Source: Eledone cirrhosa
Taxonomy: Eukaryota
NCBI GenBank assembly: GCA_964016885.1
Contig: OZ024766.1
Coordinates: 11,842,001-11,906,000 of the forward strand
Length of the DNA: 64,000 nucleotides
Direction of reading: 5' to 3'
Of the stretch, positions 54,400-64,000 are shown in pieces; positions within the stretch are counted from its first letter, which is position 1; the number at the start of each line of letters is the position of its first letter. Both the position numbers and the translations under genes were made by a program. The notes under the pieces are model-generated. The model worked only from the letters and a program-made list of their open reading frames with translations, did no database searches and was not told the DNA's origin.

Positions 54400-55110
54400 G
54401 ACGGTTGTTCTTATATTGTCAAAGTTCTTTCGTCACACATTCTGTGACCTCTTCAGTGACTGGGGATTCTTCTCTTTGTTTTGTGCCTCTCCTCTGTTCT
54501 GTCCTACGCCATCTTGTTTTTGTGTGTGTGTTGTGTGCTTAGTTTGCGCATGTGTTACATCCGGATGTCCATGTGTGTTTTTTATTTGTTTATTTATTTG
54601 TTTATTTACATGTTACTAGTTGGTTGTTTGTTCTATGTGGGTGTTTTCATTTTGTCCTTAATTGTAAGTTGTGATGTTGCTGTTCCATTCATGTTTTCCA
54701 TTTAATTTTGGTTGGAGTTCATTTATGTTTATTGCCTCTGTGATTTGCGTCTTTTCTGTGTGTAGATTTTATTTTTATTTCTATGTTCTCTAATTTACCC
54801 TTATGTTCTATTTTATCATGTTGGTGGAGTACAGATGATTCTTTTCTATCTTGAAGCTCTCGCCAGTGTTCATTTATCCGTTCTCCTATACTACGAGCTG
54901 TCTCACCTATGTACACTATATTCTTATCTCTACATTGTCCCTCAGTACATCTTATACTATATACTATGTTTCTAGTTTTGCAGTTAATATGGGGGCTTAG
55001 TTTACAGATTATGCATTTCTTATCTATACAGGCAAGCCTTTGAAAAGGGTATGTATTACTAAGTGTTTTTATGGAGGTACCTGGTCTTTCCACTATCTTA
55101 TATATATCAC
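54400..55110 (-). mobile_element. Penelope-like element 3' part: GIY-YIG endonuclease relic (about 54710-55105) plus hammerhead-bearing pLTR
   Basis: C..KKCIIC...NCKTRNIVYSIRC....C....YIGETARSIGERINEH...SVLHQH...H. Confidence 0.85.
54418..54460 (-). ncRNA. Minimal type I hammerhead ribozyme motif
   Basis: GTCA-CTGAAGA-G-GTCACA-gaatg-TGTGAC-GAAA-GAAC-TT^TGAC. Perfect stems I and II, same strand as and 3' of the GIY-YIG ORF. Confidence 0.8.
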
Positions 55111-55141
55111 AGTTTTGTACATATGCATATTTATATACAAG

Positions 55142-55176
<35 letters not shown>

Positions 55177-55212
55177 GCATATATATATATGTATGTATTT
55201 ATATATATATAT

Positions 55213-57480
55213 TAACATCTATCTTCCATGCTAGCATGGGTTGGATGGTTTTGTCCCACTTGAGGCAAGTTTGGTTGGGTGACCATGTCTCGCTCGTAGT
55301 AAACTGTTTCTGGCAGGTTTTCTATGGCTGGATGCCCTTCCTAACACCAACCACTTTACAGTGTGGACTGGGAGCCTTTATACCGTGTCTCCTACATGAC
55401 CACTTTACAGTGTGGACTGGGAGCCTTTTTACTGTGTCTCCTACACGGCCACCTTACAGTGTGGACTGGGAGCCTTTTTACTGTGTCTCCTACACAACCA
55501 CTTTACAGTGTGGACTTGGAGCCTTTTTACTGTGTCTCCTACACAACCACTTTACAGTGTGGACTGGGAGCCTTTTTACTGTGTCTCCTACATGACCACT
55601 TTACAGTGTGGACTGGGAGCCTTCTTACTGTGTCTCCTACATGACCACTTTACAGTGTGGACTGGGAGTCTTTTTACTGTGTCTCCTACACGGCCACTTT
55701 ACAGTGTGGACTGGGAGCCTTTTTACTGTGTCTCCTACATGACCACTTTACAGTGTGGACTGGGAGCCTTTTTACTGTGTCTCCTACATGACCACTTTAC
55801 AGTGTGGACTGGGAGTCTTTTTACTGTGTCTCCTACACGGCCACTTTACAGTGTGGACTGGGAGCCTTTTTACTGTGTCTCCTACATGACCACTTTACAG
55901 TGTGGACTGGTAGTCTTTTTACTGTGTCTCCTACACAACCACTTTACAGTGTGGACTTGGAGCCTTTTTACTGTGTCTCCTACACAACCACTTTACAGTG
56001 TGGACTGGGAGCCTTTTTACTGTGTCTCCTACATGACCACTTTACAGCGTGGACTGGGAGTCTTTTTACTGTGTCTCCTACACGGCCACTTTACAGTGTG
56101 GACTGGGAGCCTTTTTACTGTGTCTCCTACATGACCACTTTACAGTGTGGAATGGGAGCCTTTTTACTGTGTCTCCTACACGACCACCTTACAGTGTTGA
56201 CTGGGAGCCTTTTTACAGTGTCTCCTACATGACCACTTTACAGTGTGGACTGGGAGCCTTTTTACCGTGTCTCCTACATGACCACTTTACAGTGTGGAAT
56301 GGGAGCCGTTTTACTGTGTCTCCTACATGACCACTTTACAGTGTGGACTGGTAGCCTTTTTACTGTGTCTCCTACATGACCACTTTACAGTGTGGACTGG
56401 GAGCCTTTTTACCATGTCTCCTACATGACCACTTTACAGTGTGGACTGGGAGCCTTTTTACTGTGTCTCCTACATGACCACTTTACAGTGTGGACTGGGA
56501 GCCTTTTTACTGTGTCTCCTACATGACCACTTTACAGTGTGGACTGGTAGCCTTTTTACTGTGTCTCCTACATGACCACTTTACAGTGTGGAATGGGAGC
56601 CTTTTTACTGTGTCTCCTACACGACCACCTTACAGTGTTGACTGGGAGCCTTTTTACAGTGTCTCCTACATGATCACTTTACAGTGTGGACTGGGAGCCT
56701 TTTTACCGTGTCTCCTACATGACCACTTTACAGTGTGGAATGGGAGCCGTTTTACTGTGTCTCCTACATGACCACTTTACAGTGTGGACTGGTAGCCTTT
56801 TTACTGTGTCTCCTACATGACCACTTTACAGTGTGGACTGGGAGCCTTTTTACCATGTCTCCTACATGACCACTTTACAGTGTGGACTGGGAGCCTTTTT
56901 ACTGTGTCTCCTACATGACCACTTTACAGTGTGGACTGGTAGCCTTTTTACTGTGTCTCCTACATGACCACTTTACAGTGTGGACTGGTAGCCTTTTTAC
57001 TGTGTCTCCTACATGACCACTTTACAGTGTGGAATGGGAGCCATTTTACTGTGTCTCCTACATGACCACTTTACAGTGTGGACTGGTAGCCTTTTTACTG
57101 TGTCTCCTACATGACCACTTTACAGTGTGGACTGGTAGCCTTTTTACTGTGTCTCCTACATGACCACTTTACAGTGTGGAATGGGAGCCGTTTTACTGTG
57201 TCTCCTACATGACCACTTTACAGTGTGGACTGGGAGCCTTTTTACCGTGTCTCCTACATGACCACTTTACAGTGTGGAATGGGAGCCGTTTTACTGTGTC
57301 TCCTACATGACCACTTTACAGTGTGGACTGGGAGCCTTTTTACTGTGTCTCCTACATGACCACTTTACAGTGTGGACTGGGAGCCTTTTTACTGTGTCTC
57401 CTACATGACCACTTTACAGTGTGGACTGGGAGCCTTTTTACCGTGTCTCTTACACAACCACTTTACAGTGTGGGCTTGAT
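55213..57480 (-). repeat. Retroposon tail with a 49-bp unit amplified about 43 times (55350-57470)
   Basis: Unit accactttacagtgtggactgggagcctttttactgtgtctcctacatg. Confidence 0.94.
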
Positions 57481-57557
57481 GTTCTGTGGCACCAACATAA
57501 GTGGAAGGATGGAGTAGGGAACATATGTATGTATATATATGTATGTATGTATATGTA

Positions 57558-57596
<39 letters not shown>

Positions 57597-58220
57597 TCAT
57601 CATCATCATCATCATCAACGTTTAACGTCCGTGTTCCATGCTTGCATGGGTTTGGACGGGGGTAGTCCCACTTGAGGCAAGAGTGATCGTCTTGCTCGCA
57701 TAGGACTGTCTGGCAGGTTTTCTACAGTTGGATGCCCTTCCTAACACCAACCACATTTACAGTGTGGGGCTGGGAGGTTTTTACCGTGTTGCCTACACGT
57801 ATATATACATATATATATACAGCATACAAAAGATATCACTACTAGGCCCTGCACACATATTACAAAAAGTACTATCAATACAATCGAAACGTCAGCAAAA
57901 ACTACACAGCACATGGCCAAGCCACACATAGCTGTGCTCGGTAAACTAGTAATGATGCACAATGAAAATAATAATGATAATAACAACAGCAATGAAGACA
58001 CATGTATCCAAGATGAGAAAGTTAAGACTTTATTTCTGTTTTCTTTTTAAAGGTTGCAGTGAAAATATAGAAAAGGAGAGGGCTTGGCGTGTGTTTTGGG
58101 AGGGAATGAAAAACATTCCTCAAAGTCCTTTATCCATATATGGACATGTCTCAATACTAAAATCTGAGCATTAACTCCAGGAATTTGGGGTTAGATTTTA
58201 ATTTGACTCATTCTTGTGTC

Positions 58221-58281
<61 letters not shown>

Positions 58282-58471
58282 TCACCGTTTTACGTCCATT
58301 CTTCCATGCTAGATTAGACTATATATTTATATATGTTTATATACACATAGATATGCATATACATATGTATATATATGCATATACATATGTATATATATAT
58401 GCATATGTATGCATATTTATATATATGCATATGTATATATATATGCATGTATTTATATATATATATATATA

Positions 58472-58525
<54 letters not shown>

Positions 58526-58947
58526 ACGAAGTGTGGTAAGGAACCAGGTGGACCATAACGCCCCAGAGTACTCAATACTTTGGGTAGTAGAGTCCAGAAA
58601 TAGCTGTTGAAACGGCTTGAGCTCTGCCATCGGGGTCCTGACTCTCTTCCTTTTACATTTATATATATGCACACACATCTATATACATATACATACGTAT
58701 ACATAGAAATACACACACAAATATATATATATGTGTATACATCGATATATAGGCACACAGTAGCCTCCCCTTGCTCTTGTTTTCACTTCCTGTTACAAAG
58801 TCAGTGTTTCCACCATTAGTCACATGATAAACGGCAACATTTAAAAAAAAACAACAAGAACTAAACAAAAAAAAAAAGACAAAGAAACAAACAAACAACA
58901 CAACCGGACGTCGATTTGAAACCCTTGGTCAGAGAATGAGTGTTTTG

Positions 58948-59129
58948 TTAGAAACCTGCGGCAAAGGTGAACAAGGCTGCGAACAGCTCCTTTGAACTAG
59001 GCTCTATGTTCGATGGAGTCAAAATGAACCCATTGCGCGTTGAGTGTACTGGACGGAGTTCCATGGCGTAACTGTATTTTGCAATGTTTTTCAGCTTCAC
59101 CCAGTCGTATACTCCACCACTAGCAGGAT
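58948..59129 (-). CDS. Carboxypeptidase paralogue (gene 2), last exon PASGGVYDWVKLKNIAKYSYAMELRPVHSTRNGFILTPSNIEPSSKELFAALFTFAAGF*
   Basis: Clear homology to the last exon of gene 1 with the same intron phase. Acceptor aaacag, TAA at 58950-58948. Confidence 0.95.
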
Positions 59130-59208
59130 CTGTTTCAAGAAGAAGAAGGTGTATAGAGTAAGAATAGGATAGAGGCTTTATATATATATATCTAAATATT
59201 TATATGTG

Positions 59209-59328
59209 AAGGCGTGTGGCTGAGTGGTTAGAGAATTGGATTCGCAATCGTAAGGTTGTGAGTTCGATTCCTGGACCAGGCGATGCGTTATGTCCTTGAG
59301 CAAGACACTTTATTTCACGTTGCTCCTT
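59209..59328 (+). mobile_element. 5' half of a related tRNA/CORE SINE
   Basis: tggctgagtggttagag, gagttcgattcc and ccttgagcaagacactttatttcac. Confidence 0.75.
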
Positions 59329-59964
59329 CTACCTAGAGTTGCGACTGATAGATAATATTAGCAATTGGAAAGACCAACGGAAACATTGTTCCCTCGGTCC
59401 GATTTGACGAAAGTCGATCGTTCCTAATATATATATATAGTTTTAATATAGATGAGATTCTACAGGACTAGAACTGTTTCATTCATTAAAGAATTAGCTT
59501 TTAAAGAAATTCCCTTTTCTTTAAATCCATCAACCATGACCGACCCCCAACGATCTTATAGACACCTGAAATCTAGGCATTGTTAGCTTAAGAGAAACTT
59601 AAAAATAAGGAGTGGCACCCTATTCTGAACTTGTTTATAGAATTCTTTTTGCCTTTGTTACTCTAAATATAAATTATAGCTTTAAAGAATTAGCTTTTAA
59701 TGAATTCCCTTTTCTATCAACCAATGACCTCTACCCATCCCACTCCCCACCCTCTCCTACCACCTGAAGAGACCTATAAATACCATATTTATTTTTTGAT
59801 ACCCAGATTCCTGATGATTTCTAAAGAATGAAACAGTTCTAGTCCTGTAGAATCTCATCTATATTAAAACTTTTATACGCTGCTATGTATTGAGTACCTT
59901 ACTTACTGTGGTTACCTCCGATTCAAACTGGAAATGTATATATATATATATATATGCTTTGTTT

Positions 59965-60850
59965 TAAAGAGCAAAGATCAAGTCCTGTCCATAAGTTGAC
60001 ATTATCAAGCCATCATTTTAGCTGTCGGCCTCTGCTTCTCTTACCAGCCAACCTTCCTTCCAGGAATATATAATACCTTTTGATCACCAACAGCAGAGTT
60101 TAAAGAGCAAAGATCAAGTCCAGTCCATAAGTTGACATTACTAAGCCATAGTTTTGGCTGCCGGCCTCTGCTTCTCTTACCAGCCAACCTTCCTACCAGG
60201 AATATATAATACCTTTCGATCACCAACAGCAGAGTTTAAAGAGCAAAGATCAAGTCCAGTCCATAAGTTGACATTATCAAGCCATAGTTTCGGCTGCCAG
60301 CCTCTGCTTCTCTTACCAGCCAACCTTCCAGGAATATATAATACCTTTCGATCATCAACAGCAGAGTTTAAAGAGCAAAGATCAAGTCTAGTCCATAGGT
60401 TGACATTATCAAGCCATAGTTTTGGCTGCCGGCCTCTGCTTCTCTTACCAGCCAACCTTCCTTCCAGGAATATATAATACCTTTTGATCACCAACAGTAG
60501 AGTTTAAAGAGCAAAGATCAAGTCCAGTCCATAAGTTGACATTACCAAGCCATAGTTTTGGCTGCCGGCCTCTGCTTCTCTTACCAGCCAACCTTCCTTC
60601 CAGGAATATATAATACCTTTCGATCATCAACAGCAGAGTTTAAAGAGCAAAGATCAAGTCCAGTCCATAAGTTGACATTATCAAGCCATAGTTTTGGCTG
60701 TCGGCCTCTGCTTCTCTTACCAGCCAACCTTCCTTCCAGGCATAACCTACTCACACCATGAGTTGATCTTTTTATATTACCGTATAGTTTGAGTACTCTT
60801 GACTTGACAATTGATGTAATTGGTCTGCAACTGGTGGAGTTTAGTGTCAA
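59965..60850 (-). mobile_element. RTE-like LINE C-terminal fragment with a segment of about 134 bp repeated about 6 times
   Basis: IVKSRVLKLYGNIKR...LEGRLAGKRSRGRQPKLWLDNV..WTG, repeated. Confidence 0.75.
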
Positions 60851-61047
60851 AGAAGTAAAGTAGTATACTTTGTTTTAGAATTTGTTTTACAAATTTCTTA
60901 TCTGAAAACAGATATTGTTATACTTTGGGATGTCATGCTGCCAATAAGAACACAAGCACCTCACTTACTCACTCACATTCACACACACACTCACTCACAT
61001 TCACACACACAAACATATATACACATGTGTATAAAGCATATACTTAC

Positions 61048-61132
61048 ACAATATCTCTGGAGGTGTACCGACTACGAAAAATGAACCTGTAGTGCTCCTG
61101 ATGGCCTTTGCAGCACGCATTGCTAGATTTGT
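61048..61132 (-). CDS. Gene 2 penultimate exon TNLAMRAAKAIRSTTGSFFVVGTPPEIL(Y); upstream exons lie beyond the window end
   Basis: 85 nt, the same length as gene 1 exon 10. AG acceptor, GTAAGT donor, split codon T|AT gives Tyr248. Confidence 0.94.
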
Positions 61133-61546
61133 CTAAACAGAAAGGTTAAACTTGATGATTCCACTCTGAAGGAAAGCAGAAATTATTTACTTAAACTGTT
61201 AACTCCAAACTGAACTCAAGTAAACGTATTTAAGACTATTCAACAGAATTCGTAATATAATCGGCTTGTCTCCCAACAGCCCCGGTGGACAGAATGGAGA
61301 AGCGTTTCCCCAGAGGACGGCAAGGGAGACGTGCTGGAAAAGCCACTCCAAGTCGCGGGGCTCACACCGCGTATATTTTACACAGATCAAAAACATCCTC
61401 TCTTCAGCCATGTGCCAGCCAAAAGCTGCCTTAAATCCAGGAAAAGTTTTCTAAACAGCGTCAAATCCCTTTGAACATCAAGCAGAAGTAGTGACAGTCA
61501 CTCGCAGAGAAGAAAAACTTAACAACCTCCCAGCTGTAGCAACAAT

Positions 61547-61822
61547 GGAGCTAAAGGTGAGTGAGGCACTGCCCCTTGCAGCTAAAGGTGAGCGAGGCAC
61601 TGCCCCTTGGAGATAAAGGTGAGTGAGGCACTGCCCCTTGGAGCTAAAGGTTAGCAAGGCACTGCCCCTTGGAGCTAAAGGTGAGCGAGGCACTGCCCCT
61701 TGCAGCTAAAGGTGAGTGAGGCACTGCCCCTTGGAGCTAAAGGTGAGTGAGGCACTGCTCCTTGGAGCTAAAGGTGAGCGAGGCACTGCCCCTTGGAGCT
61801 AAAGGTGAACGAGGCACTGCCC
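61547..61822. repeat. 29-bp tandem repeat, about 9 copies
   Basis: Unit ggagctaaaggtgagcgaggcactgcccctt and variants. Confidence 0.85.
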
Positions 61823-62228
61823 CCCCCTGGGGCACAACCTCATCTAGCCAAGCTTTGTAGCTGACACTCTTGTGGACACGATAAGTAGTTGCTGTGTCTG
61901 CTTTTTTTTGCTGTAAAATGGCTATTTTTTAAAACAAAATTCCACTTCGCATCTCATAAAAATAGTATGACACAATTATTTCACCCCATTTGGCCCCATT
62001 CTCTTTAACATTACATTACACCAACACACTTTAAAACAGAAACAGACCCCATAAAGTTCAAAAGGTCTTTGGACAAATTCCTTCAAGAAATACTGTATAT
62101 ATATTTATGTATATATATATATATATATAGGAACGAGTGGGGTCCTACTTGTTCCTATTACCCACTCTACTACCCTAAGTACTTTGGTGCGTTATGGTCC
62201 ACCTGGTTCCTTACCACATTTCCTTCGT

Positions 62229-62259
<31 letters not shown>

Positions 62260-62813
62260 CAATGTAAAGTTATGTTGGTCCCACAACATCCAGGCCGAAA
62301 CAAATGAGATCGTGTAGGTGTCACGACAAAAAAACACACAGTCCACGCTGTAAATGTGGCCGTGTAGGCAACACGGTAAAAACCTCCCAGCCCCACACTG
62401 TAAATGTGGTTGGTGTTAGGAAGGGCATCCAGCTGTAGAAAACCCGCCAGACAGTCCACGCTGTAATGTGGCCGTGTAGGCAACACGGTAAAAACCTCCC
62501 AGCCCCACACTGTAAATGTGGTTGGTGTTAGGAAGGGCATCCAACTGTAGAAAACCCGCCAGACAGTCCTATGCGAGCAAGACAACCACTCTTGCCTCAA
62601 GTGGGAAAACCCCCGTCCAAACCCATGCAAGCGTGGAACACGGACGCTAAACCTGATGATGATGATGATGATGATATAGGAGAAAGTATGACCCCAACAG
62701 CAGAGCTCAAGCCGTTTCGACGGCTATGTCTGTATATATGTATATATATGTATATGTATATATGTATATATATGTATATATATATATATATATATTTATG
62801 TATATAGATATAG

Positions 62814-62847
<34 letters not shown>

Positions 62848-62861
62848 GTATATAGATATAG

Positions 62862-62895
<34 letters not shown>

Positions 62896-63504
62896 GAGAA
62901 AGTATGACCCCGACGGCAGAGCTCAAGCCGTTTCGACGTCTATGTCTGTATATATATAAGAGAGTATTGAAGTTTGCTTGAAGCATTGTGGAATAAGATA
63001 TCTTTTCTTTTGGTCGTTTTGGAAGCCTCAACAATGCAGACGGGTAATTCTCCGGGTAACAAGATCCGGTGGTGAAGAGAGAGATGTAAGGGGGTGTAGA
63101 ATGAGATGTATAGTGTGTAGAGGAACGTAGGAAAGAGTGTAAAAAATAAAAATAATAACACGAGATAGAGTTACCTTGGGAGAGATTTAATTGTCCCTAT
63201 ATTTCGGATTCACATCCATCGACTGGGGGGGGGGGTTCCGGGGAGAAGGTTATCTGTCGGTTAGGAGCGATGCGTGTCCTCCGCTGTTCGTTGTTTTGAA
63301 TATCTGAGGTATTCAGCAGAGCACGCGCGTGAAATGGAGTCGGTCAAGTAGAGGTCGGTGGCCGAAATAGTTCTTTTAATTGTGGGAGTGAGGTGGGGTG
63401 AGCTGTCAATCTATTGTATTATCTGTCTGTGCTGGTTTCTGTATTAGTGTTGAATAGTGTGTGGTGGTCGTGGTAGTGTTCCCTGCCTGTTTGGTGAATG
63501 CTAC

Positions 63505-63875
63505 TGTGTGTGTGTCTGTGTGTGCGTTGTTGTCTCGCTTGTGTGTGTGTGTGTGTGTGTGTGCGTGTGTTGTTGTCTCGCTTGTGTGTGTGTGTGTGCG
63601 TGTGTTGTTGTCTCGCTTGTGTGTGTGCGTGTGTTGTTGTCTCGCTTGTGTGTGTGTGTGTGCGTGTGTTGTTGTCTCGCTTGTGTGTGTGTGTGTGTTG
63701 TTGTCTCGCTTGTGTGTGTGTGCGTGTGGTGTTGTCTTGCTTGTGTGTGTGTGTGCGTGTGGTGTTGTCTCGCTTGTGTGTATTAGCAGTGTAGTATATT
63801 TGTATGGTGGAATGGTACTGCGTGTGTGTGTTGTTGTCTCGCTTGTATGTGTGTGTGCGTGCGTGCGTGTGTTGT
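63505..63875. repeat. (TG)n-based repeat gttgttgtctcgctt(gt)n
   Basis: Direct inspection. Confidence 0.9.
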
Positions 63876-64000
63876 TTATTTAAACCAACCACCTCATTTC
63901 GCTTCTCTCGGATCGGTTATTTATTTGTGGCCCTAGGCGTTTGATCCAAAGTGCTTCCTTGATTCGTAATGTGCCGACGTTTCGTTCCATTGCTAGAATT

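Noticed and set aside
59805-59845. CTGATGA-TTTC-taaa-GAAT-GAAACAGTTC hammerhead-like motif (similar weak case at about 26336-26366)
   Set aside because: I could not form stem I or a convincing stem III, so it is not called as a ribozyme. The inverted repeats around the 59.8-kb site are counted in the fold-back finding.
61170-61950. Possible further exon of gene 2, or a retroelement ORF1 fragment
   Set aside because: There is no carboxypeptidase motif (the expected HxYSQ exon is absent up to 64000) and no recognisable domain. Left unassigned.

Overview
Eukaryotic, AT-rich and very repeat-dense DNA. It is probably from an octopod cephalopod, inferred from the CORE-type SINE, the RTE and Penelope content and the (TA)n load, and not proven. 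The minus strand carries a complete 11-coding-exon M14A zinc procarboxypeptidase gene (ATG at 41035, stop at 1072, 421 aa, all introns GT-AG and phase-compatible). It also carries the last two exons of a tandem paralogue (61132-61048 and 59129-58948). Both paralogues have Tyr at the S1' specificity position 255. The rest of the window is intronic or intergenic: tRNA/CORE SINEs, a degraded RTE LINE, CR1, Tx1/L1, mariner and two Penelope-like (GIY-YIG) relics, plus many micro- and minisatellites. Three non-coding signals stand out. First, several minimal Penelope-type hammerhead ribozyme motifs, including a tandem pair 230 nt apart and one directly 3' of a GIY-YIG ORF. Second, more than ten fold-back (inverted) insertions, mostly in (TA)n tracts, some with copy-specific variants shared between the two arms. 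Third, repeated conversion of retroposon segments into minisatellite arrays. Nearly all long ORFs in the supplied track are artefacts of simple repeats.
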